Shown one piece after another: positions 9,452-19,140 of a stretch of 64,000 nucleotides of DNA. The translations under genes and the position numbers were made by a program. Below the pieces are notes generated by a model, which did no database searches, was not told the origin of the DNA, and saw only the letters and a program-made list of their open reading frames with translations. The first letter of the stretch is position 1. The number at the start of each line of letters is the position of its first letter. The stretch comes from a bacterium (GTDB taxonomy: Bacteria > Bdellovibrionota_C > UBA2361 > CALJRW01): assembly GCA_031385045.1 (NCBI GenBank), contig JANNBC010000054.1:32001-96000 (forward strand). The letters are read 5' to 3'.

Positions 9452-10984
9452 ATGGATTTCACTAATGGCCTTCGGGCATACGCTAGATTACGTAACGCAA
9501 AGTTTAAAAGCTCCCCAATTAAGCTTCAAGAAAGGCAACTGCACAAATTACTAAAGAAGGCTGAAAATACAAAATTTGGTCAGGATCACCACTTCTCTCA
9601 AATTAAATCAGTAAGTGATTATCAAAAACTAGTTCCACTTCGCAAGTATGAAGATTTCTGGAAAGAATATTGGCAAGCAAGTTTTCCAATCCTAGAAGAT
9701 ATTACCTGGCCTGGTCGTATTCCCTATTTCGCTGTCACCTCAGGAACAACTACTGGAGCGACAAAGTACATTCCTTTAACCAAGGAAATGGAAAAATCAA
9801 ACACTAAAGCGGGCTTAGACTTATTAGTTTATCACTTAAATAACTACCCAGAGAGTAAGCTACTTTCTGGTAAATCATTTTTCCTGGGAGGAAGTACGGA
9901 ATTAGTAGAACAAGCGGAAGGAGTATTCAGTGGTGACTTAAGTGGTATGGTCGCTAAGAACATGGCTTGGTTTGTTAAACCATTTTATTTTCCCCCAGCA
10001 GATTTAGCTTTGCTATCTAATTGGGAAGAGAAAATTGATACCTTTGCCCGAGAATCATTAAAGCAAAAATTAAAATTAATTTCTGGGGTTCCCTCATGGA
10101 TGTTAATTTTTTTTCAAAAGCTCTTTGACTTACGTCCCGATGCCCAAAATTTAATTCAAAACCTTTTCCCCGATTTAGAAGTGCTAGTACATGGAGGAGT
10201 TAACTTTGCTCCCTATGAAAAACAATTTCGAAAACTAATAGCGGGAAGCAATATTCAATTTCGAGAAGTTTATCCAGCGAGTGAAGGATTCATGGCAATT
10301 GCTGACCGAGGCTCAGGGGAAGGTTTAAAACTAAACTTAGATCACGACATTTTCTTTGAGTTTGTTCCACTAAGTGAGCTTGATTCCCCGAATCCTACTA
10401 GGCATTGGGTCGGAAATATTGAAAAAGAAATTAATTATGCGATTGTTCTAACTAGTTGCTCTGGAATGTGGAGCTATATTGTTGGTGATACTGTTAAATT
10501 TGTTGATACGAAAACTCCCCGACTCCTTGTTACAGGTAGAACTTCCTATACACTTTCAGCCTTTGGTGAACATTTAATTGAAGATGAAATCCAAGATGCG
10601 ATTAGTACCGCCAGTAATGATATTAATAAATCAGTCAGCGACTTTTCCGTTTCGCCAATCTTCCCAGAAACTCCAGCTGATCTTGGGGGACATATTTATA
10701 TTGTTGAGTTTAAGGAGGGAGATCTGACTACCCCTGAAATTGAAAGATTTGCTAAAGTGCTAGACCGCCGCTTATCAGAAAGAAATGAAGATTACGAAGC
10801 CCATCGCGCTAAAGGTTATGGACTAAACCCTCCTAAAATTATTGTTGCAACACCAGGGACTTTCTCTGGATGGATGAAAAGTCGAGGTAAATTAGGCGGA
10901 CAAAATAAAGTCCCAAGAATTATTAATGACCAAGAATTATTACAAAACTTACTTAGTTATCTAAAGGAAGTGCCTACTAAATAG
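9452..10984 (+). CDS. GH3 (auxin-responsive GH3-like) acyl-adenylate/amido synthetase family protein
   Basis: AVTSGTT..TKYIP, YPASEGF, YIVGDTV, GKLGGQNKVPR. Confidence 0.85.
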   Translation: MDFTNGLRAYARLRNAKFKSSPIKLQERQLHKLLKKAENTKFGQDHHFSQIKSVSDYQKLVPLRKYEDFWKEYWQASFPILEDITWPGRIPYFAVTSGTTTGATKYIPLTKEMEKSNTKAGLDLLVYHLNNYPESKLLSGKSFFLGGSTELVEQAEGVFSGDLSGMVAKNMAWFVKPFYFPPADLALLSNWEEKIDTFARESLKQKLKLISGVPSWMLIFFQKLFDLRPDAQNLIQNLFPDLEVLVHGGVNFAPYEKQFRKLIAGSNIQFREVYPASEGFMAIADRGSGEGLKLNLDHDIFFEFVPLSELDSPNPTRHWVGNIEKEINYAIVLTSCSGMWSYIVGDTVKFVDTKTPRLLVTGRTSYTLSAFGEHLIEDEIQDAISTASNDINKSVSDFSVSPIFPETPADLGGHIYIVEFKEGDLTTPEIERFAKVLDRRLSERNEDYEAHRAKGYGLNPPKIIVATPGTFSGWMKSRGKLGGQNKVPRIINDQELLQNLLSYLKEVPTK

Positions 10985-11032
10985 CAACCTAGGCTCTTGT
11001 CCTGTAGAAAAAGTCCCATTATAATAACTACT

Positions 11033-11701
11033 ATGAAATATCTAATCACTCTACTACTCTTACTTACTTCCGCCTCAAATATCTTGGCAGAAAATCACCC
11101 CAGAACCAACGTCGAAATGGAGTTAGCTAAAGATGCTCCAGTAGCTAATGAACTAGCCATCGCCATGAACTACATGATGGAGATGCTTCCTAAGCTTAAA
11201 GCGCACCGTGATCAATTAGCTAAGGGAAATATTTCTACTTTTGAAATGGGAACAGTTGCCCGTGATTTCTATAAGCTTTATGCCTCAGGATATTTGATGT
11301 GTTCAATTATGCATGGAATCTGCCAAGAGTTTTTAGATACGATCTTAGAGATCGATCTAATAAATTCAAAAATTACTGGAAAAGTTTCCTGCTTAAATAC
11401 ATTAAAAATGTGGAAAGCCTGGCTAGATAATGATATGGAACAAAGACATAGCCACCAAACAAAAATTACTCATGTTAATTTAGTGAGTAAGTTTAACCAA
11501 GAAGAACGTCCGAAATATCACCACTGTAGCAAAACAATTGAAGATCTAATTGCTGATTCTACAATTAGTCCAGCAGCATTTTTTAAGAAGCGTTATGCCG
11601 GAGACCTAGAGACGCCCGATTACATTCAGAAGACTATGGATTTCTTTAATTTCGTCAAAGAGAAAAACTTAGATGTCTACACTTCTGTCGGAATGAAGTA
11701 A
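11033..11701 (+). CDS. Hypothetical secreted protein
   Basis: ATG at 11033 gives a signal-peptide-like MKYLITLLLLLTSASNILA; the ORF track starts upstream at a TTG (10997). Confidence 0.7.
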   Translation: MKYLITLLLLLTSASNILAENHPRTNVEMELAKDAPVANELAIAMNYMMEMLPKLKAHRDQLAKGNISTFEMGTVARDFYKLYASGYLMCSIMHGICQEFLDTILEIDLINSKITGKVSCLNTLKMWKAWLDNDMEQRHSHQTKITHVNLVSKFNQEERPKYHHCSKTIEDLIADSTISPAAFFKKRYAGDLETPDYIQKTMDFFNFVKEKNLDVYTSVGMK

Positions 11702-11702
11702 G

Positions 11703-13214
11703 CTACTTGGGATCGGAAACTCGACGAGAGAAATCAGTGTGCATCCGGTAAAGAGGAATAAATCCTTGATATAATTGTTTAAAAAATTGATAGTGCTCCT
11801 GATACGCTTGCACTGTATCTAAATTAGGCTCTGCCACGGTGCCAATCTTAGTCATCTTATGACCTGCATCTTCTAGCGAAGAAAACTCTTTCAAATAAGT
11901 GAACCCTAAAATAGCATTGCCAATTAGACATGGTTCTTCATTCTGCGATCTTGAGAGTTTTAAATTTAAAACATTTGCTAGGATATCTACCCAAATATCT
12001 GCTTGTCGCACTCCTCCTCCACCAATCTGAACTTCGTTAATTTCAATTCCGCTCTCAGTCAAACTCTCCTTAATCATATTTAGATTAAAAGAAACTCCTT
12101 CTAAGACGGAACGAACAAAATCTGCTTGTTTATGATATTCTCTGAGACCAAAAAAACTGGCCGAGCAGATACTTCCAATATTAATATCTCGCTCACCAGT
12201 TAAGTACGGCATAAAAAATAAATTATTACTGCCAACAGGGCTTTCATGCGCTAAGCGATCTATTTGTTGATAATCAATCTCTAATAGATTTTCCTTGATC
12301 CACTTTAAAGCTAATGCCGCATTATTTGTAGCACCACCAATTAGATATTTTCCTTCCATTAAATAAAAGGGCTGATAGCGCATCAACTTACTATCATCTA
12401 AAATTAAACGATCACTTAAGACTCGCAACATCCCAGAAGTTCCAATATTAGAAACCGCCTTGGCCGTCTGTAAACAATTCATTCCTAAACAAATTGCTCC
12501 ACCATCATAAACACCAGGAATAATCCGACAGTCAGTACTAACTCCGATCAACTTACAAATTTCAGCTTTAATCAGAAAAGCTTCTCCCGCAGGCTCAATA
12601 ATTTCTGGCAATTGATTAGTTTTTAAACCAACTAAATCAAGAATATTTTGTGACCACTGCTGATCAGCAATCCTTAAAAACTGGGTAGGAGATTCGGTGC
12701 TGGCCTCACTAATCAATTTGCCTGTTAAGGAGAATAGTAGCCATGCTTTAGAAGATAAATAATATGCTCCACTTTTTAAAAGTTCAGGATTCTTCTGCTG
12801 AAAATAAAACAAGCGCGGCAAGATTGACTGCATGAAGCTCGGGCAGCCAGTTTCTTGATATAACAAAGAGGCATCAGTTGCTTTTAAGAATTCTTGATAT
12901 GTACGACGACTACGGGTATCTAATAAAGTCGACATGTTAGAAATTGGCTGGAAGTTTTTATCTAGTACTACTAAGCCATATTGATAGGTGGAAATTACAA
13001 TTAGTAGGACTTGTGATTCATAACCAATTACAGCCTCACGACAAACTGTTAGTACGGCATCCAATAGCTCGGAAGGAGAATGCTCCGCAGCTCGAGACTC
13101 AACTCTTAAAATATTTTGTGCTCGTCGAACAACTTTAATTAGCCGTCCCTCCGAAGTCACTAAACTAGCTTTAATATTACTAGTTCCAACATCGACACTT
13201 AAAACTAAGCTCAT
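11703..13214 (-). CDS. gntK: FGGY carbohydrate kinase, gluconokinase-like
   Basis: DVGTSNIKA, IGTSGMLR, GGATNN, PYLTGER, RSVLEGV; same operon as zwf. Confidence 0.7.
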   Translation of the reverse strand: MSLVLSVDVGTSNIKASLVTSEGRLIKVVRRAQNILRVESRAAEHSPSELLDAVLTVCREAVIGYESQVLLIVISTYQYGLVVLDKNFQPISNMSTLLDTRSRRTYQEFLKATDASLLYQETGCPSFMQSILPRLFYFQQKNPELLKSGAYYLSSKAWLLFSLTGKLISEASTESPTQFLRIADQQWSQNILDLVGLKTNQLPEIIEPAGEAFLIKAEICKLIGVSTDCRIIPGVYDGGAICLGMNCLQTAKAVSNIGTSGMLRVLSDRLILDDSKLMRYQPFYLMEGKYLIGGATNNAALALKWIKENLLEIDYQQIDRLAHESPVGSNNLFFMPYLTGERDINIGSICSASFFGLREYHKQADFVRSVLEGVSFNLNMIKESLTESGIEINEVQIGGGGVRQADIWVDILANVLNLKLSRSQNEEPCLIGNAILGFTYLKEFSSLEDAGHKMTKIGTVAEPNLDTVQAYQEHYQFFKQLYQGFIPLYRMHTDFSRRVSDPK

Positions 13215-14218
13215 CAGCGAATAATATTTAAATTCAACCCAGGAACAAACGATTCCCTTGGTACTCGTTTCTCAACAAAGACTGCTCTAAGATTATTAAC
13301 CATAGTTTCACCCATTCCCTTTGAAGACTGATCACTATAACCACCTAAATGTGGAGTAACAATCACATTGTCTAATGATAACAAAGGATGACTAGAATCA
13401 ATTGGCTCACCTTCGACAACATCGGTAGCATAAACTTTAATTCGACCGTTTTTTAAATATTTGATAATTGCTTGGTCCTCAACTAATTCTCCTCGAGCCG
13501 CATTACTAATAATCACGCCTGGCTTCATTAGCGCACAAGATTTTTCATTAATCAGGTGATGAGTCTTATCGTTGTGTGAGCAATGAAGGGAAATAAAATC
13601 AGACCGCTGGAATAAATTTTCTAGGGTACTAACTTGATAACCAAAACCTTCAATCTCACGAGCAGATAAGTTCGGGTCATAAACTAATATTTTAGCATCA
13701 AATCCTCGCTTTAAGATTTCAGCTGTTCTTGTTCCAATATTTCCTAAACCAATAATACCGATAGTTTTTCCAGTAATTTCAGTGCCAATATAATTAGCTC
13801 GTTTAGCCCAATTATTTTGATGAGTTGCTAAATCACCTTGCGGAATCCAACGAGCCGCACTCATTAATAATCCGACAGCGTGTTCAGCTACAGAGTTACG
13901 CTCAATCGGTCCAGCAACTTTAGTAACAATAATCCCTTCCAGCTGTGCCGTTGGTATATCAATATTATTAAAGCCAATTCCATGTCGAGCAATGATTTTT
14001 AACTTTGGTAGTTGCTTTAGTAAGTCTGCTGGATAATCAGGATTTGTACTAGCAATAATTCCATCGAATTTACTAAGTAGTGGTTGAAATTCTGAAGTTG
14101 TAATTTCCTTACTAACTTTTAAGACCTCAACTTCAGCGAATTCTCTTAGGGCCATTAGATGCTCTGGGAAAACTTGTCCAAAACTACTCGAGTTAACAAT
14201 AGCTAAACGCACTGTCAT
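13214..14218 (-). CDS. D-isomer-specific 2-hydroxyacid dehydrogenase
   Basis: RHGIGFNNID, VAEHA, GIIGLGNIG, NAARG, TPHLGG; probable start MTVRL at 14218. Confidence 0.9.
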   Translation of the reverse strand: MTVRLAIVNSSSFGQVFPEHLMALREFAEVEVLKVSKEITTSEFQPLLSKFDGIIASTNPDYPADLLKQLPKLKIIARHGIGFNNIDIPTAQLEGIIVTKVAGPIERNSVAEHAVGLLMSAARWIPQGDLATHQNNWAKRANYIGTEITGKTIGIIGLGNIGTRTAEILKRGFDAKILVYDPNLSAREIEGFGYQVSTLENLFQRSDFISLHCSHNDKTHHLINEKSCALMKPGVIISNAARGELVEDQAIIKYLKNGRIKVYATDVVEGEPIDSSHPLLSLDNVIVTPHLGGYSDQSSKGMGETMVNNLRAVFVEKRVPRESFVPGLNLNIIR

Positions 14219-14220
14219 AC

Positions 14221-15702
14221 TTAGATCTTTTTCCAAGGGTTCATTAAATTAACGACTAGCTTACTAACCTCTTCTGGTCCTTCAGAACCAGGCGAATAGT
14301 GATAAAGTGGAATAGAATTATCTTGCTCCCAGGCCTTTAAAATTGGATCCAGTACATCCCAAGACTCCTCAACTTCATCATCACGAATAAATAGTGTTTG
14401 ATCACCTCGTAGAATATCTAAGATTAAACGCTCATAAGCATCAAACATAACCTCAGAGAAAGACTCATCATACTCAAAATCCATCTCCACTGGGCGCATT
14501 TGCATATCTAATCCTGGAGGCTTGGAATTAAATTGAATAGAAATCCCTTCATTCGGCTGAATTTGAAAAGACAAGACATTTGGAGCAATTTGAAAGTTCT
14601 TAAGATTTTTAAAAATTGCCGAAGGAGTCTTTTTGAAATAAACATTAATCTCAGAATGTCGCTTAGTTAAACACTTACCACTGCGAAGAAGGATTGGGAC
14701 TCCATTCCATCGCCAGTTATCAATTTCTAACTTAAGGGCGACATAAGTTTCAGTTTGACTATCAGGCTTTACACCAGGATGTGCTAAATAGGCTTCGACT
14801 TTTTTGCCATTAACTTCACCTGCACGATACTGAGCTCGAATAACATTCTCCGCAATTGACTCGGCATCAAATCTTTTAAGTGATCTTAAGACTTTAACTT
14901 TTTCATCTCGAATTGAACGAGAATCTCCAATTGTTGCAGGGGGCTCAATACAAATTAAGCTGAGTAGTTGAAACAAGTGATTTTGAATCATATCCCGTAA
15001 ACAACCTGATTGATCATAATATCCAGCACGACCAGCAACATCAACCGATTCCGCAACTGTAATCTCAATCTGATCAATATATTTATGATTCCAAATTGAT
15101 TCAAAAATAGCATTTGTAAATCTAAAGAGAAGAATATTTTGAACTGTCTCTTTTCCTAAATAATGATCAATCCGATAAATCTGTTGTTCATTTAAGTATT
15201 TAGAAAAAACACGATTAAGATTTTTAGCAGAAGACAAATCTTTTCCAATCGGTTTTTCAACAATAAGATCCGTTCGATACCCCTGATTATTATCAGAGAT
15301 AAATCCATTCTCTGTAAGTTTTATTAAAATCTGCTCATAAAGATTAGGAGACGTCGCCAGATAAAAGAAATTATTTGCTGGCTCTTTACTAACCTTAAAG
15401 GACTCTAATTTTTCACGTAGCTTGATGTAAGCGGAGATGTCATTAGCATCCATTGGTAAATAATTGATCTTGGTCGCAAAATCGGCCCAAGTTGATTCGT
15501 TATAGTTACTGTTATTAGTAATGAAATAATCTTGCAGATTTTTAGCGAACTCATCATCGCTATAAATAGTTCGGGAGATACCCAAAATCTTAAAATCTTC
15601 CGCCAAATGGCCATTTAAAAATAGATTATAGAGAGCAGGAAAAAGCTTCTTTAGCGCTAAGTCCCCGTTTGCTCCAAAGATAATGAAATTTGAGTTACGC
15701 AT
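14221..15702 (-). CDS. zwf: Glucose-6-phosphate 1-dehydrogenase
   Basis: IFGANGDLA, EKPIGKD, RIDHYLGKETVQN, RDMIQNH. Confidence 0.97.
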   Translation of the reverse strand: MRNSNFIIFGANGDLALKKLFPALYNLFLNGHLAEDFKILGISRTIYSDDEFAKNLQDYFITNNSNYNESTWADFATKINYLPMDANDISAYIKLREKLESFKVSKEPANNFFYLATSPNLYEQILIKLTENGFISDNNQGYRTDLIVEKPIGKDLSSAKNLNRVFSKYLNEQQIYRIDHYLGKETVQNILLFRFTNAIFESIWNHKYIDQIEITVAESVDVAGRAGYYDQSGCLRDMIQNHLFQLLSLICIEPPATIGDSRSIRDEKVKVLRSLKRFDAESIAENVIRAQYRAGEVNGKKVEAYLAHPGVKPDSQTETYVALKLEIDNWRWNGVPILLRSGKCLTKRHSEINVYFKKTPSAIFKNLKNFQIAPNVLSFQIQPNEGISIQFNSKPPGLDMQMRPVEMDFEYDESFSEVMFDAYERLILDILRGDQTLFIRDDEVEESWDVLDPILKAWEQDNSIPLYHYSPGSEGPEEVSKLVVNLMNPWKKI

Positions 15703-15787
15703 CTAGATTACAAAATAGTTAACCTTGGCAACTATAGCCAAAGTTATTAGGTTTTACCAGTTTAAAGGCGGGGCGAGATTTTGCTAT

Positions 15788-15840
15788 GAATTAGTATTGT
15801 ATACTAAAACAGCTTGAGTTTTAGTATACAATACTAATTC
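15788..15840. promoter_or_regulatory. Perfect 23-bp-arm palindrome in the zwf / GH31 divergent intergenic region
   Basis: GAATTAGTATTGTATACTAAAAC-agcttga-GTTTTAGTATACAATACTAATTC; regulatory role is inferred from position only. Confidence 0.55.
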
Positions 15841-15868
15841 TAAAATCCTAATAAAATCCCAGAAAGAT

Positions 15869-18025
15869 ATGACCGAAACTAGACTTTACCGATTTGGAAG
15901 CCCTGATCAAACTGATTCCATCCGCCATCAGCCTCAACCTGAAAAATCTTGGAATTCATCGGTAAACCTCCAGTACTATCAAACTTTCAATCAAACAAAT
16001 TTTAGCTTAAGCCTTAATCCCGAAAGTTCTATTTATGGATTAGGGCAAAACATCGGTCCAATAAATCGTCGAGGAGCAACGTATCGCTTATTTAATATGC
16101 AAGCTCGTCCCCAAACTCCTGACTGCCGTGCCGTGAATGGTCCCTATGCCTTTAGCATTATAAAAAATAAAAATTCCTGCCAGGGAATATTAATAGACTG
16201 CCCTGCAGAAATTAATTTTGATTGCGGATTCACAAAGCCAGACTTGTTATCGATCTGTATTGAATCTTTAGATTTCGATCTATATTTAATCGAAGGAATT
16301 GATGTTAAGGATATCTTAAAAGAATATACTAGCCTGACAGGCAAATCCTACTTACCCCCCAAATGGGCCTTTGGTTTTCAACAATCAAGATATAGCTATA
16401 TGAATGCCAAAGAGGTTCAGGAAATTGCTCAGAACTTTCGTAGCCGGCAGATTCCTTGTGATGCAATCTATCTTGATATTGATTACATGGAAGACTACAA
16501 AGTATTTACTGTCGATCCAGAGCCTTTTCCAAACTTCGCTAACTTTACAAAAGAGATTCAAGGACAAGGATTTCACTTAATCCCGATTATTGATCCAGGT
16601 GTGAAAATTGAATCTGGTTATAGCGTATACGAAGAAGGAGTTAGCAAGGGATACTTCTGTAAGAACGCTGAGGGTCAGGACTATATAGCAGCCGTCTGGC
16701 CAAGCCTGATTCACTTTCCTGATTTTTTACGAGCAGAGGTTCGCGAGTGGTGGGGAAATTTATATAAATTCTTTACAGATCTAGGTATATCAGCTTTCTG
16801 GAATGATATGAATGAACCAGAAATTTTTTACTCCCCCGATTCAATTCAGCAGTTAAAAAAGAGAGTAACAGAGTTGGACTACACTGCTTGGCGAGATCTT
16901 GATCCAATCCATTATAAAATTAATTTAGATCGCTTCATGTTAAACAGTGAAACTTTCTACCCAGATTTTTTTCATCAAACCCCTACTGGTCTAGTTCCCC
17001 ACCAAGAACTACATAATTTATATGGATTTAAAATGCTACAAGCTGCAAGTGAGGGATTGCAAAAACTAAATCCAAATCAACGATATTTTCTAATTTCTAG
17101 AAGTAGCATGCTGGGTGTAAATCGTCTTGCTGGTGTTTGGACAGGAGATAATAGTAGTTGGTGGGAACACTTAAAGTTAAATATTCAAATGGTTATTTCC
17201 TTAAACCTCTGTGGTGTCCTCTATTCCGGAAGTGATATTGGAGGTCATTGTGGTAATGCTGACGAAGAACTGTTAATCCGCTGGACACAACTTGGCGCCT
17301 TCCTTCCGCTCTTTAGAAATCACACCGAAAAAAGTTCTCGTCGACAAGAGCCCTGGGCATACTCCTCTACTGCAACCGAAATCATCAAAGATGTAATTAC
17401 CCTTAGATATGCTTTGATTGATTACCTTTATTCTGAATTCCTAAAGGCCAGAGAGCAAAACCTACCTTTTATTCGTCCAGTATTCTTAGAATTTGCAGAA
17501 GCTGGCCTTGATGAAATTAATGATCAATTTCTCTGTGGCGCATCCCTAATGATTGCCCCAGTAATTGAACCCAATGCTCGTCACCGAACTATAATCTTAC
17601 CAGAGTTTAATTGGCTATACTGGTGTGCCAGTAAACATGATCAATATAACTTTCAAGTCTTAGCACCTGGGATTCATCGTCTACTTGTAGCTCTAAACCA
17701 AATTCCAATTTTTATAAAAGAAAATCATTTAATTTTATTAACTGAGCCAGAGCAATTTCAAGGCGAGAAGATTAAATCTGAAGCAATAATTATTGGATTA
17801 ATCAACCAAGAATCAAGCTTCACTTTTTATTATGATGATGGGGTAACAATTAATTCTGAGATCCAAAAAATTAAATTTAAAGTGAGCTTAAAAAATAAGA
17901 TTTTAGAAATCGAGCAACAGCTTTTACCAATAACAGCGAAACCTCCATATCAAAATTTTAATTTTATGATCTATGATTTAGCTGGCAATCAGTATTACAA
18001 GCAAATTAGTCTTAGCCTTACTTAA
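15869..18025 (+). CDS. GH31 alpha-glucosidase-type glycoside hydrolase
   Basis: PPKWAFG, YLDIDYM, WNDMNEP (nucleophile), HNLYG, WTGDN, DIGG, RNH. Confidence 0.92.
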   Translation: MTETRLYRFGSPDQTDSIRHQPQPEKSWNSSVNLQYYQTFNQTNFSLSLNPESSIYGLGQNIGPINRRGATYRLFNMQARPQTPDCRAVNGPYAFSIIKNKNSCQGILIDCPAEINFDCGFTKPDLLSICIESLDFDLYLIEGIDVKDILKEYTSLTGKSYLPPKWAFGFQQSRYSYMNAKEVQEIAQNFRSRQIPCDAIYLDIDYMEDYKVFTVDPEPFPNFANFTKEIQGQGFHLIPIIDPGVKIESGYSVYEEGVSKGYFCKNAEGQDYIAAVWPSLIHFPDFLRAEVREWWGNLYKFFTDLGISAFWNDMNEPEIFYSPDSIQQLKKRVTELDYTAWRDLDPIHYKINLDRFMLNSETFYPDFFHQTPTGLVPHQELHNLYGFKMLQAASEGLQKLNPNQRYFLISRSSMLGVNRLAGVWTGDNSSWWEHLKLNIQMVISLNLCGVLYSGSDIGGHCGNADEELLIRWTQLGAFLPLFRNHTEKSSRRQEPWAYSSTATEIIKDVITLRYALIDYLYSEFLKAREQNLPFIRPVFLEFAEAGLDEINDQFLCGASLMIAPVIEPNARHRTIILPEFNWLYWCASKHDQYNFQVLAPGIHRLLVALNQIPIFIKENHLILLTEPEQFQGEKIKSEAIIIGLINQESSFTFYYDDGVTINSEIQKIKFKVSLKNKILEIEQQLLPITAKPPYQNFNFMIYDLAGNQYYKQISLSLT

Positions 18026-19133
18026 TAAATTCCTGGGTAAGGCTTTGGACCGCTTCAGATAAGAGACTGCGAGTAGCTGAAATTGTCTCTGCCACGGTCA
18101 TCCCTGATTTTTGCAAACTAAAAACTTTAGCAATACCGAAGTTTTGTGCCTCTTGTTCCGAAATCTTGGAAGAACCAGCAATCACGGCAAATTTACAGGA
18201 CTCCATCTTTCTACTTAAAAGACCAGAGACAACTTTCCCAGAGAGTGATTGTTGATCGAAACAGCCTTCTCCAGTTAACACCCAATCAGCAGTAGCTAAT
18301 TCCCGATCTAGTCCAATCAAGTCCATAATCACTTGAATTCCAGACTTAAGATTGGCATTAAAAAAAGCAAGCGCACCACCAGCTAATCCACCGGCAGCAC
18401 CAGCACCAGGAATATTGATGATATCTTTTTGAAATTTATTTTTTAGTAACTCAGCAATATGATTTAGTGCTAAATCTAATTGCTGACAGTCCTCAGAGCT
18501 TGCTCCTTTTTGTGGGCCATAAATAAAAGAAGCTCCATTTGATCCACAAAGTGGATTATTGACATCACAAAGCACTGTAAGTTTTGGCATTACTTGATCT
18601 GGCGCTAAAATCTCTTTCACTTGAAGTAATTCCTCAGCACCAAGAGAAACGGGACTACCATCTTCTTTTAAAAATTTCCATCCAAGTGCAACGGCAGCTC
18701 CAGTTCCTAAATCATTTGTAGCACTTCCACCAACTGCTAAAAAAATTTCCTCTGGGTAAAGTTTTAAAGCATCAAGAATCACCTCCCCCACTCCATAGGT
18801 AGTAGTAACCCAAGGGTTTAACTGATCTTTTGCTAAATGAGTTATGCCAGCAGCTTGAGCCATCTCAATAAAGACAGATTTTTTTTCTGGTAAGTAGAGA
18901 TACTTAGCCATTAACTTTTGCTGAGGCAAAGGCCCCGATACCAGCACATTTCTTACCTCTACCCCAGGCAGACTTGCTAAAACTTCTAAGGTCCCTTCCC
19001 CACCATCAGCAATCGGGCACTCCTTGATCTCCAGAGCAGGATTTATTCTAGCTAATTCTTTAGCTACCAAGGAACAAACCTCAGAAGCAGATAAGGAACC
19101 TTTAAAACTATCAAATGCTAAAACTATTTTCAT
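18018..19133 (-). CDS. Glycerate kinase (GlxK/GarK family)
   Basis: DSFKGSLSA, PIADGGEGT, GGSATND, GPQKGA, GAAGG, TGEG.FD.QS. Confidence 0.93.
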   Translation of the reverse strand: MKIVLAFDSFKGSLSASEVCSLVAKELARINPALEIKECPIADGGEGTLEVLASLPGVEVRNVLVSGPLPQQKLMAKYLYLPEKKSVFIEMAQAAGITHLAKDQLNPWVTTTYGVGEVILDALKLYPEEIFLAVGGSATNDLGTGAAVALGWKFLKEDGSPVSLGAEELLQVKEILAPDQVMPKLTVLCDVNNPLCGSNGASFIYGPQKGASSEDCQQLDLALNHIAELLKNKFQKDIINIPGAGAAGGLAGGALAFFNANLKSGIQVIMDLIGLDRELATADWVLTGEGCFDQQSLSGKVVSGLLSRKMESCKFAVIAGSSKISEQEAQNFGIAKVFSLQKSGMTVAETISATRSLLSEAVQSLTQEFIK

Positions 19134-19140
19134 GACCTAC

